DNA of 60,118 nt from Solirubrobacteraceae bacterium (GCA_035496995.1 DATJEE010000251.1:1-60118); one strand, 5' to 3'; positions 36,142 to 44,943 are shown, counted from the stretch's first letter. Notes: generated by a model from the letters alone, not told the origin. Numbers and translations: made by a program.

Positions 36142-36578
36142 GTCAGCAGGCGGACGGTGTCGAACGAGAGCACGTCGCGCTCGTCGGAGCCCGGCACGAC
36201 GGCGACGACGGTCACGGTGATCGTGCTGTCCTCGGGCCGCACGAGCCGCTCGAACGCGTCCGTGACGACGACGGTCTTGGATGCCGGCACGAGCTGGTGC
36301 GGCGGGCGCAGGTCGAACGGGTCCGGCGGCCCGGTCGGGACGTCGCAGTGGCCGACGTCGCCGAAGCAGCCGCCGTGGCCGAAGATGCAGAACGAGCCCG
36401 CGTAGTGCGGGTCGTCGTCGGGCGTCTCGGCGGTCGCGTCGGGCGCGTTGATGAAGACCCGCGCGACGTAGGAGACGCCGGAGTGATCGACGCCGTAGAA
36501 CACGAGGTCGGCCCGCGTCACGCCGTCCGCCGACCCCTCGGGCAGGTCGATCGGGTCCGAGACGAAGCGATCGACCAT
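36132..36578 (-). CDS. tyrosinase-associated protein resembling a detached tyrosinase C-terminal (lid) domain
   Basis: ATG 36578-36576 overlaps the tyrosinase stop (TGATG). The product MVDRFVSDPIDL...VFINAPDATAETPDDDPHYAGSFCIFGHGGCFGDVGHCDVP resembles, from memory, C-terminal extensions of long bacterial tyrosinases. Confidence 0.6.
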   Translation of the reverse strand: MVDRFVSDPIDLPEGSADGVTRADLVFYGVDHSGVSYVARVFINAPDATAETPDDDPHYAGSFCIFGHGGCFGDVGHCDVPTGPPDPFDLRPPHQLVPASKTVVVTDAFERLVRPEDSTITVTVVAVVPGSDERDVLSFDTVRLLTYE

Positions 36579-37378
36579 CACGCCGGCCCTCGCGCCGCGG
36601 CGGTCGTCACGGCGTAGTCGTAGCCGAGCGCATTCATGTCCAGCGTGTCGCGCACGGTCATCGGGAACGGCGCGAGCGCGCGGTTGAGCAGCGCCGCCGG
36701 CGGCCCGCTGCCGGGATGCTTGAGCTGCCACAGCCGCCAGATGCGATCGATCATCGCGTGGTGCGCCCAGAAGACGGGGTCGTAGGCGGACGTCGTGATC
36801 GCGCCCATCGTGCCGCCGACCCAGACGTGGACGCCGTTGTGGATGTCCTCGAGCTGGGTCTGGAAGTCGAGGAAGTCCGTCAGCGCCAGGACCGCATTGA
36901 CCTGGGCGAGCGTCGGCAGCGGCGGCGCTCCGGGCTGGCCCGGCACGCGGTCGGTCGTCGCCGGGCCGCCGGGCTCGCGCCCCGAGCGCTGGATCGGCGA
37001 GCTGCGCAACGCGTTGGGCGCGCCCTGCGCGTCCGTGGCCGCCGTGTAGGCGGGCGGGATGCCCTCGTCGTGGCGCATCGTCCAGTTCCACCACGGCAGC
37101 GTCACGCCGGGGACGCGGTCCTGCAGGCTCTTCTCGAAGAGGTACAGGTAGGCCCGGTGCCAGGGGAGGAACAGCGGGGAGTTGTGCGTGCAGGAGATCG
37201 GCAGCGGGAGCCCGTGGATGCCGGCCCAGGACTGGTAGCCGCGGTCGTCGCCGAGGGCCTGCGCGGCCGTGATCGCTGCGCGGTAGTCGGCGAGCTGGCC
37301 GGGCGTGAGGGTCCGCGCGTTGCGCCGGTGGCGCAGGCGGGCGGCTGCCGGGGCCGGGTTCGACGGGACGGTCGGCAC
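36578..37378 (-). CDS. tyrosinase (type-3 copper monooxygenase/polyphenol oxidase)
   Basis: CuA site: WAGIHG...CTH...PWHRAYL. CuB site: HNGVHVWVGG...FWAHHAMIDRIW. The N-terminus RRNARTLTPGQLADY resembles Streptomyces MelC2. Confidence 0.9.
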   Translation of the reverse strand: MPTVPSNPAPAAARLRHRRNARTLTPGQLADYRAAITAAQALGDDRGYQSWAGIHGLPLPISCTHNSPLFLPWHRAYLYLFEKSLQDRVPGVTLPWWNWTMRHDEGIPPAYTAATDAQGAPNALRSSPIQRSGREPGGPATTDRVPGQPGAPPLPTLAQVNAVLALTDFLDFQTQLEDIHNGVHVWVGGTMGAITTSAYDPVFWAHHAMIDRIWRLWQLKHPGSGPPAALLNRALAPFPMTVRDTLDMNALGYDYAVTTAAARGPA

Positions 37379-37437
37379 GGTGTGAGCCTAATGTGCCCCG
37401 ACTTCCGGTCCATTGCGACGAATAGCATCGTCGGTCG

Positions 37438-38352
37438 ATGGCATCCGATCCTCCTCTCACCGCCGATCGCATCGGCTTCGTCGGGCTCGGGATCATGGGC
37501 TCGCGCCAGGCGGCCAACCTCGCCCGCGCCGGCCACGAGCTGACGGTCTACAACCGCACCCGCGCGACCGCCGAGGCCTGGGTCGCCGAGCACGGCGGCA
37601 CCGTCGCGGACTCCCCCGCCGCCGTCGGCGCCGCGAGCGACGTCGTCATCAGCATGGTCGTCGACGGCGACCAGGTCCGCGAGGTGCTGCTCGGCGAGCA
37701 GGGCGTCGCCCAGGGCGCTGCGCCGGGCACGCTGTGCGTCGATATGTCGACGATCGCGCCGGCGCAGACGCGCGCGATCGGGGCCGAGCTCGCCGCGCGC
37801 GGCCTGCGGCTGCTCGACGCCCCGGTGACCGGCTCGTCGCCGAAGGCCCAGGACGGGACGCTGACGATCATGGCGGGCGGCGAGCCGGCCGACTTCGCCC
37901 GTGCCGAGCCGCTGCTGCGGATCATGGGCGAGCTCGTCGTGCATGTCGGCAGCCTCGGCCAGGGCGAGATGATCAAGCTCATCAACAACTCCGTCGCGGC
38001 CGCCAACGCGGTGACCGTCGGGGAGGCGTTGCTCGTCGGCCAGCGGGCCGGCGTCGACCTCGACGCGCTCGTGCAGGTCATCGGCGCGGGCTCCGGCGGC
38101 TCGGCGATGCTCGCGCTGAAGTCCGGGCCGATGCGCGAGCACGACTACACGACGCTCTTCAAGCTCGAGCACATGCTCAAGGACGTCCGCCTCTGCCTCG
38201 AGGCCGGGCAGGCCGCCGCGGTCCCCTTCCCGGCCGCGGCGCGCGCTCGCGACGTCCTCGTCGCCGCGATGGCGCGCGGACACGGCGATGACGACTTCGC
38301 GGCGCTCGTCGAGGCCCTCGAGGCCTTCGCAGACGCCCGATTGGACGCCTGA
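37438..38352 (+). CDS. NAD(P)-dependent 3-hydroxyisobutyrate/6-phosphogluconate dehydrogenase-like oxidoreductase
   Basis: IGFVGLGIMGSRQAANLARAGHELTVYNRT, DAPVTGS, and KLINN... Confidence 0.88.
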   Translation: MASDPPLTADRIGFVGLGIMGSRQAANLARAGHELTVYNRTRATAEAWVAEHGGTVADSPAAVGAASDVVISMVVDGDQVREVLLGEQGVAQGAAPGTLCVDMSTIAPAQTRAIGAELAARGLRLLDAPVTGSSPKAQDGTLTIMAGGEPADFARAEPLLRIMGELVVHVGSLGQGEMIKLINNSVAAANAVTVGEALLVGQRAGVDLDALVQVIGAGSGGSAMLALKSGPMREHDYTTLFKLEHMLKDVRLCLEAGQAAAVPFPAAARARDVLVAAMARGHGDDDFAALVEALEAFADARLDA

Positions 38353-38437
38353 GTTTACCGCCGCGTTACAAATAAAACCCCGAGATATGCAGGGAAGTTT
38401 GGGGGTTTGTGGCTACGTGTGGCACAATGTCTCTCGT

Positions 38438-38487
38438 CCCGTCGATCGGAGCTGGCTTTTCTCCGAGACGACGGGTTCGTTTCGTTC
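38438..38487 (+). terminator. strong hairpin plus U-rich tail in the leader of the DUF1802-like gene (terminator or attenuator)
   Basis: CCCGTCGATCGGAG (38438-38451) pairs with CTCCGAGACGACGGG (38461-38475), followed by TTCGTTTCGTTCC. A second CCCGTCG at 38506-38512 could pair alternatively with CGACGGG. Confidence 0.4.
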
Positions 38488-38526
38488 CTAGTCGTACTTT
38501 CCCGTCCCGTCGTCGTCTGGTTCTCT

Positions 38527-39156
38527 ATGCCAATTGCGTTCAAGGAGTGGGCGGTCACCGTCCGCGCGCTTGCCGAAGGCGAGCAGCTCATCACCCTGCG
38601 AAAGGGCGGCGTCCGCGAGTCCGACAAGCGCTTTCGCGTCGAGCACGATCGTTTCTTCCTGTACCCGACGTTCGACCATCAGCGTCGGGATCTCGTGCGG
38701 GCATCGCACGTCCCGGAGCTCGATCGAGCGCTCGAGGAGGGCGTGTGGGCCGAGGGTGAGCCGCCCGCCGAGGCGCTGACAGGCGACGGCAACATCCCGC
38801 AGCCCGACCGCGTGCGCATCCGCGCCTGGGCCGAGCTCGCCGACCACTTCACGATCACCGATCCGCGCTGCGTCGACGCCCTGTCGCCGTTCTACGTGTG
38901 GAGCACGGACTACGCCGAGAAGCGGCTGGAGTGGAAGCGGCGTCATCCGCTGCACGTCCTCCTGCTGCGCACGTACCGCATCCCTCGGCCGGTGACGGTC
39001 CGCGTCAAGGACGAGTACGGCGGCTGTCGCTCGTGGCTGGAGCTCCAGCGCGACCTCCCGTTCGAGGGCACCCCGGTGCTCTCCGACGACGAGTTCGACC
39101 GTGCCGCGGAGGCGATCCGCGCGATCGCCGACGGCGGCGTTCCCGCACTCGCCTAG
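38527..39156 (+). CDS. DUF1802-like protein (unknown function)
   Basis: The N-terminus MPIAFKEWAVTVRALAEGEQLITLRKGGVRE...FFLYPTFDHQ matches my recollection of the DUF1802 family signature. Confidence 0.7.
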   Translation: MPIAFKEWAVTVRALAEGEQLITLRKGGVRESDKRFRVEHDRFFLYPTFDHQRRDLVRASHVPELDRALEEGVWAEGEPPAEALTGDGNIPQPDRVRIRAWAELADHFTITDPRCVDALSPFYVWSTDYAEKRLEWKRRHPLHVLLLRTYRIPRPVTVRVKDEYGGCRSWLELQRDLPFEGTPVLSDDEFDRAAEAIRAIADGGVPALA

Positions 39157-39169
39157 CCGACCGATCGCC

Positions 39170-40102
39170 GTGATCGCCGCGCTCGGCGCCGCCGAGCGCG
39201 TCCTCGTCGTCGGGATCGGCGGCGGGGGTGACGTCGTCGGCGCGCTCGCCGTCGCCGAGCTCGCGGGCCTGCTCGGCCGGCCGGCGATCGCCGGCGGGCT
39301 GACCTGGGAGCGGCGGCCGATCGACCCGCTGCCCGGCCCGCGCCGCATCGGCGAGCTGCGCGACGCCGAGCGCATCCTGCACGAGTTCGCCGCCCTCGCG
39401 GGGCCCGGCACGACCGGCCCCGGCGGCTTTCACTTCGCCGAGTCGCACGTCGCCCGCCACACCGGCGAGCCCGTGCTGCTCGTCGACCCCAACGGCGGCC
39501 CGGCCGGCGTCGCCGCGGGGCTCGGCGCCGCCGCGCACGCGCTGGGCTGCGACGTCGTCGTGCTGCTCGACGTCGGCGGCGACGTCCTCGGCCACGGCGA
39601 CGAGGCCGGCCTCGCCAGCCCGCTCGCCGACGCCGTCTGCCTCGCGGCGGCGCCGGCGCTCGCCGCGACCGGCCTCACCGTGCTGCTCGCGGTCTTCGGG
39701 GCCGGCTGCGACGGCGAGCTCGACCCCGGCGAGGTCCTCGAGCGCGTCGGGGAGGTCGCCGTGGCCGGCGGCCTGCTCGGCACCTGGGGTCCCGGCCGCG
39801 ACGAGCTCGCGCGCCTGCGGGCCGCCGTCGCGCAGGTCCCGACCGAGGCGAGCGCGATGGCGCTGCGCTGCGCCGGCGGCGAGACCGGCACGACGGAGAT
39901 CCGCGCCGGCCGGCGGACCGTCCGGCTGACGCCCGCCGGCGGCCTCGTCTTCTTCCTGGACCCGCTCGTGGCGCTGCGGACCGCGGCCCGCTGCGCGGCG
40001 CTCGTCGCCGGCGCGGGGTCGCTCGAGGAGGCCAACGCGATCCTGCTCGCGCGCGGGATCTCGACCGAGCTGCAGTACGAGTGCTCACAGCCGCCGCCGT
40101 GA
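39170..40102 (+). CDS. DUF1152-like protein (unknown function)
   Basis: GTG 39170 lies 14 nt after the previous stop. The Gly-rich motifs VLVVGIGGGGDVVGAL and LLDVGGDVLGHGDE match my recollection of DUF1152. Confidence 0.65.
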   Translation: MIAALGAAERVLVVGIGGGGDVVGALAVAELAGLLGRPAIAGGLTWERRPIDPLPGPRRIGELRDAERILHEFAALAGPGTTGPGGFHFAESHVARHTGEPVLLVDPNGGPAGVAAGLGAAAHALGCDVVVLLDVGGDVLGHGDEAGLASPLADAVCLAAAPALAATGLTVLLAVFGAGCDGELDPGEVLERVGEVAVAGGLLGTWGPGRDELARLRAAVAQVPTEASAMALRCAGGETGTTEIRAGRRTVRLTPAGGLVFFLDPLVALRTAARCAALVAGAGSLEEANAILLARGISTELQYECSQPPP

Positions 40103-40138
40103 GGCCAGATGAACGGTAGTGTTCTGCGCGGGGTCACG

Positions 40139-42859
40139 ATGTCCGTTCGCCTGCTCATCGCCTGCACGGCCGCGGCCGCGGCCGCGCTGTGCGTCCTACC
40201 AGCACCCGCCGGCGCCCAGGTCCAGGCCTACAGGGCGGGCGACTACGGCGGCTTCCACGACATCCTGCCGCCCGGCACGAACGGGCGCGCGAACCTCGTC
40301 GAGCTCGCCGCCTTCCTCGCCACCGGCGCCCGCCCCGAGCACAACGACGACCAGCTCGGGATGTACGAGCGCCTGCTCAGCGCGACGCCCGGCGTCACCG
40401 CGGAGAACCTCGGCTCGCTGTTCAAGGACTCGAGCTTCGGCAGCCCACCCGGCGGCCAGGCGCGCGCCTACAGCCCGCGCGACGGCCTGACGATCACGCG
40501 CGACGCGGCCTACGGCGTGCCGCACGTCTACGGCACGACGCGCGCGGCGGCGATGTTCGGCCTCGGCTACGCCGGCGCCGAGGACCGGCTGTTTCTCATG
40601 GACGTCCTGCGCCACGCCGGCCGCGCCCAGCTCAGCTCGTTCGCCGGCGGCGCGCCCGGCAACCGCGCCCAGGACCAGGACCAGTGGCGGATCGCGCCGT
40701 ACACCGAGGCCGACCTCCAGCAGCAGGTCGACCAGCTCGACGACCTCTACGGTGAGGAGGGCCGCCAGCTGCAGGAGGACGCCACGAACTACGTCGCGGG
40801 CGTCAACAAGTACATCGACGAGGTGAAGCTCGACGTCACGCGGCTGCCGGGCGAGTACGACGCGATCGGCAAGCCACTGGGCCCGGACCCGTGGAAGCTC
40901 ACGGACATCATCGCCACGGCCTCGCTCGTCGGCGGCATCTTCGGCAAGGGCGGCGGCGACGAGCTGACGCAGATGGAGCTGCGCCGGTCGTTCATCGCGC
41001 GCTTCGGCGCCCGGCGCGGGCCGACGCTCTGGCGCGAGTGGGCCGCCTACGACGACCGCGACGCTCCGACGACGGTACGCGGGCGCCGGTTCCCCTACCA
41101 GACGCAGCCCAAGCACCCTGCGCGCGGCGGGCTCGCGCTCGCCGACGCCGGCTCGCTGCGGCGCGCGCAGGTCGTCGCGGCGGGCGCGCGCGTGACACCA
41201 CGCGCCGCGGCCGCCGGCGCGGGGATCCTCGGCGGCCTGCTGACGCCGCACGCGATGTCCAACGCGCTGCTCGTCTCGGCGAGCGAGTCGGCGAGCGGCC
41301 GGCCGCTGGCGGTGTTCGGGCCGCAGGTCTCGTACTTCGCGCCGCAGATCCTCATGGAGGAGGACGTCCACGCTCCGGGCATCGACGCCCGCGGCGCCGC
41401 CTTCGCGGGCGTGAACCTCTACGTCCAGCTCGGCCGCGGCCCCGACTACGCCTGGAGCACGACCTCCGCAGGCCAGGACATCATCGACACGTTCGCGCTC
41501 GATCTCTGCGAGCCCGGCGGCGGCCGGCCGACGATCGACTCCGACCACTACCTCTTCCGCGGGGACTGCCTGCCGATCGAGACGCTCACGCGGGCGAACG
41601 GCTGGCAGCCGACGCTCGCCGACGCGACGCCGCGCGGCAGCCAGACGCTGCGCACGCAGCGCACGAAGATGGGCCTCGTCAGCGGCCGCGCGACGATCCG
41701 CGGCAAGCCCGTCCTCTACACGCAGCTGCGCTCGACGTACATGCACGAGGTCGACTCCGCGCGCGGCTTCTCGGACTTCAACACCCCGGCGAAGATGCGT
41801 GACGCAAGCGACTTCCAGCGCGCGGCCTCGAAGATCGGCTACACGTTCAACTGGGTCTACGCCGACGACCGCGACATCGCGTACTTCAACTCGGGCAACA
41901 ACCCGCAGCGCGCGAGCGGGGTCAACGGCCAGCTGCCGATGCCCGCGCGACTGCCCTGGCGCGGCTTCGACGCCGACCGCCAGACGGCGGCCTACACGTC
42001 GTTCGCCAAGCACCCCCAGGCGATCAACGGCCAGCCGTACATCACGTCGTGGAACAACCGCCAGGCCCCGGGCTACGCGGGCGCGGACACGAACCTCTTC
42101 TCCTCGGTCTTCCGCTCGCAGATGCTCGACAAGGAGATCGAGCCGCGGATCGCCGGGCCGAAGAAGATCGACCTCCCCGGGCTCGTCGAGGCGATGGGCG
42201 AGGCGGCGACGACGGACCTGCGCGCCGAGGCCGTGCTGCCGCTCGCCCTGGACGTCATCGGCTCGCCCGCGGACCCGAAGCTCGCCGACGCCGTCGCACA
42301 GCTGCGCGCGTGGGTCGCCGACGGCTCGCACCGCCGCGACCGCGACGGCGACGGCCGCTACGAGCACGCCGACGCGATCCGGATCCTCGACGCGTTCTGG
42401 CCGCGCTGGATGCACGCGGAGTTCGAGCCGTCGCTCGGCGCCAAGCTGTTCGGCCAGCTCGCGGCCGCCCATCACTTCGACGACACGCCCAACGGCGCGG
42501 GCACGCACCACGGCTCGTCCTTCCAGGACGGCTGGTACGGCTACGCCGCGAAGGACCTGCGCCGCGTGCTGCGCCGCCACGTCGTCCAGCCGTACTCCAA
42601 GCGCTACTGCGGCGGCGGGGTCCTCGCGCGCTGCCGCGCGGTCCTGCGCAGCGCGCTGGCGGACGCGCTCGGCGACAGCCCGGCGACGCTCTACGCCGAC
42701 AAGACCTGTGCCGACGCCGGGCGGCCCGCGGACCAGACGTGCTTCGACGCGATCTCCTTCCGCGCCACCGGCGCGCTGACGCAGCCGCTCATCGGCTGGC
42801 AGAACCGCCCGACCTACCAGCAGGCGATCGAGGTCCAGGGCCACCGGCCACGGCCGTAG
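40139..42859 (+). CDS. penicillin acylase-family Ntn hydrolase (peptidase S45), exported
   Basis: Signal peptide MSVRLLIACTAAAAAALCVLPAPAGA. The expected autoprocessing site context is HAMSNALLVSAS (Ser-Asn). The size is typical of the family. An alternative start is ATG 40109. Confidence 0.85.
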   Translation: MSVRLLIACTAAAAAALCVLPAPAGAQVQAYRAGDYGGFHDILPPGTNGRANLVELAAFLATGARPEHNDDQLGMYERLLSATPGVTAENLGSLFKDSSFGSPPGGQARAYSPRDGLTITRDAAYGVPHVYGTTRAAAMFGLGYAGAEDRLFLMDVLRHAGRAQLSSFAGGAPGNRAQDQDQWRIAPYTEADLQQQVDQLDDLYGEEGRQLQEDATNYVAGVNKYIDEVKLDVTRLPGEYDAIGKPLGPDPWKLTDIIATASLVGGIFGKGGGDELTQMELRRSFIARFGARRGPTLWREWAAYDDRDAPTTVRGRRFPYQTQPKHPARGGLALADAGSLRRAQVVAAGARVTPRAAAAGAGILGGLLTPHAMSNALLVSASESASGRPLAVFGPQVSYFAPQILMEEDVHAPGIDARGAAFAGVNLYVQLGRGPDYAWSTTSAGQDIIDTFALDLCEPGGGRPTIDSDHYLFRGDCLPIETLTRANGWQPTLADATPRGSQTLRTQRTKMGLVSGRATIRGKPVLYTQLRSTYMHEVDSARGFSDFNTPAKMRDASDFQRAASKIGYTFNWVYADDRDIAYFNSGNNPQRASGVNGQLPMPARLPWRGFDADRQTAAYTSFAKHPQAINGQPYITSWNNRQAPGYAGADTNLFSSVFRSQMLDKEIEPRIAGPKKIDLPGLVEAMGEAATTDLRAEAVLPLALDVIGSPADPKLADAVAQLRAWVADGSHRRDRDGDGRYEHADAIRILDAFWPRWMHAEFEPSLGAKLFGQLAAAHHFDDTPNGAGTHHGSSFQDGWYGYAAKDLRRVLRRHVVQPYSKRYCGGGVLARCRAVLRSALADALGDSPATLYADKTCADAGRPADQTCFDAISFRATGALTQPLIGWQNRPTYQQAIEVQGHRPRP

Positions 42860-42905
42860 GGCCCGAGGCAGGGCGGGGCGCGGCGGGCGCGAACCCCGCA
42901 GGGAG

Positions 42906-43661
42906 ATGCCGGCCTGGGTCGAGTCGAGCTCGCGCAACTTCACCGCCCGCCACGACGAGACGGAGGCCACGGCGGTGCGCGGCGTGCTGCAGCTGCTGGA
43001 GGCGACGCGCGAGGAGGTCGCGGCGGTCTTCCCGCAGCTGCCGCCGGAGGTGACGGTCGTCGTGCACTCGAGCACGAAGGAGCTCGACCTCGCGCAGCCG
43101 TTCCTCCCGGTCGTGCGCCGGCTCACGTCGCCGGAGGCGCGCCGCTACGTCGCCGGCTGGGCGGGGCGCGGCACGCTGCACGTCCTCGCACCGCGGCTGC
43201 TCGCCGAGCGCGCGGCGAACGTCGAGGGCTCGCGCGAGATGCTCGCGCTCACGCCGGCCGCGCTGTACGTCCAGCTCGTCGTCGGCGCCTGCAACCCGGA
43301 CCTGCCGCCGCCCTGGTCGGCGCGCAGCACCGCGCGCGCGGCGCGCTGGGCCTGGCTGGTCGGCGGGACCGCGCAGTGGTTCTCCGGCCAGACGACGCAC
43401 GCCCGCCCCGCGATCGCCCGCCGCCTGCGCGAGGGCGCGCGCCCGGACTTCCCGCCGCGCCTGCGCGACGCCGCGCTGCTCGGCGGCACGGTCGTCGACC
43501 TCGTCGCCCGCGAGGAGGGCGTCCAGGCCGCCGTCGCGCTCGCCTGCTCGCTGCCGCCCGGCGGGTCGCGGGCGGCGCTCGTCGCGACGTTCAACGGCCG
43601 CGCGCTCGTGCACACCGAGGGCACGTGGCGCGCGCATCTGGCGCGGATGGCGGGACGGTAG
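42906..43661 (+). CDS. hypothetical protein
   Basis: 251-aa frame with a strong third-position G/C bias. No motif recognised. Confidence 0.55.
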   Translation: MPAWVESSSRNFTARHDETEATAVRGVLQLLEATREEVAAVFPQLPPEVTVVVHSSTKELDLAQPFLPVVRRLTSPEARRYVAGWAGRGTLHVLAPRLLAERAANVEGSREMLALTPAALYVQLVVGACNPDLPPPWSARSTARAARWAWLVGGTAQWFSGQTTHARPAIARRLREGARPDFPPRLRDAALLGGTVVDLVAREEGVQAAVALACSLPPGGSRAALVATFNGRALVHTEGTWRAHLARMAGR

Positions 43662-43764
43662 GTCTCGGCCGGCGCTCGGCTCGGTGCGTTTGCGGGGTCT
43701 TGGCGTCTCACTGAGACATCGATAAGGGTTTCCGTGAGGTTGGCGGCATGGGCGGTTCGCACGC

Positions 43765-43903
43765 CGCTCCCGGGGGGTGTGGGGGATCGCGTCCCAATAC
43801 GGGACGCAAATCGCCAAACCCCCTCCCGCTACGGCGTAACGGACCCATTCCCTTATCGCTGCGGGAAGCGCCCGAACCCTCGCGAGCGCACCGAACTGCG
43901 CGC
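43765..43903 (+). repeat. structured intergenic element, copy B
   Basis: Contains GCGTCCCAATACGGGACGC (43789-43807), CAAACCCC, and TATCGCTGCGGGAAGCGCC (43854-43872). It has the same orientation as copy A and also lies between convergent genes. Confidence 0.6.
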
Positions 43904-44038
43904 CTACAGCGCCCGCATCCGGTTGTTGCGCGGCTCGTGCTCGAGCTCCGCCGGCCCCAGCGCCTCCAGCAGCGGCGGCATGTACATCCCGAAGCGGCCG
44001 CGCAGGCCCTTCTTCAGCCCGTGCTCATGCGCCCGACC

Positions 44039-44539
44039 CTAACCCAGCAGGTCGGTGCCGATCCAGGCGATGAGCGCGACGATCGCGCAGGCCAGCAGCA
44101 GCCCCGCGAGCACGCGCGCGGCCGGCGGCGAGGACGGGCGCTCCTCGCTGACGATCTCCGCCTGCAGGAGCACCTCGCGGGCGGCCGCGAAGCCGGACGC
44201 GGGAACCATGACGTCGCGCGGGCCGGCGGCGAGCATGTCGGGCACGTCGAAGCCGCGCGTGCGCTGGAGCGCCGACGGGACGCCCTCCTCGAGCAGCATC
44301 CCCTGGATGAACTCCGCCTCGGCCTGGTTCTGCGCGCCGGCGACGCGCACGAGCGCGCCCTCGGCGTACTGCGGCTTGATCTTGCGCGCGCGCTCCTGCT
44401 TGTCGGTGATCGGGTCGCCGACGCCGAGCGACCCCGCGTAGACGAGCGGCATGTTGCACAACCGGCAGAAGCGGGCGTCGAGCGGATGGGGCTCGGCGCA
44501 GCTGGGGCACACGAGCGGTTGCGCGGTCACGACCCTCAC
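44039..44539 (-). CDS. zinc-ribbon / DUF2007-like protein with C-terminal TM helix
   Basis: GTG start in a GTGA overlap with the mec stop. CPSCAEPHPLDARFCRLCN. The central region resembles small signal-transducing DUF2007 domains. C-terminal helix VLAGLLLACAIVALIAWIG. Confidence 0.65.
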   Translation of the reverse strand: MRVVTAQPLVCPSCAEPHPLDARFCRLCNMPLVYAGSLGVGDPITDKQERARKIKPQYAEGALVRVAGAQNQAEAEFIQGMLLEEGVPSALQRTRGFDVPDMLAAGPRDVMVPASGFAAAREVLLQAEIVSEERPSSPPAARVLAGLLLACAIVALIAWIGTDLLG

Positions 44540-44934
44540 GTCACCTCGATCGGGGCCTCGGCGATCACGCCGTCATCGATGAGATAGCTGCGGACCACCG
44601 GCTCGGCGTTCTTCGAGATCCCGACGATGAGCCACTCGACCCCCGGCCACAGCGCCGCGAAGTTCACGTCGGTCTGCGACGGGAAGGGCTCCGAGCGCGT
44701 GTGCGAGTGGTAGATCGCCCCGAGGTCGTCGCCCGCCTCCTCGAAGCGGTCGATGAGCCCCATCAGGCTCAGCCCGTCGATCTCGAAGCGAAACGGGCTC
44801 GCGGCGAGGTTCTCGGCGGCGTGCACCGCGGTCGCCGCCCCGTCGCGGGCGGCGATGACGCCGCAGCATTCGTTCGGCGCGTCGCGGACGGCGTGCTCGA
44901 CGATCGCGTCGAGCAGATCGCGGGTGATCCTCAC
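44536..44934 (-). CDS. mec: JAMM/MPN+ metalloprotease (Mec-type CysO-cysteine peptidase-like)
   Basis: E-x-C-G near the N-terminus (NECCGVI) and the JAMM motif HSHTRSEPFPSQTD. Confidence 0.85.
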   Translation of the reverse strand: MRITRDLLDAIVEHAVRDAPNECCGVIAARDGAATAVHAAENLAASPFRFEIDGLSLMGLIDRFEEAGDDLGAIYHSHTRSEPFPSQTDVNFAALWPGVEWLIVGISKNAEPVVRSYLIDDGVIAEAPIEVT

Positions 44935-44943
44935 CCGGCGCGG

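Noticed and set aside
38375-38408. AAACCCC...GGGGTTT hairpin considered as the terminator of the dehydrogenase gene.
   Set aside because: The 7-bp stem has a 20-nt loop and no U-tract. The stronger hairpin at 38438-38475 with a T-rich tail is the better terminator or attenuator candidate.
28655-43903. The repeat-bracketed 15-kb block considered as a bona fide genomic island or mobile element.
   Set aside because: No integrase, transposase, tRNA attachment site or evident compositional shift. It is kept only as a low-interest hypothesis.
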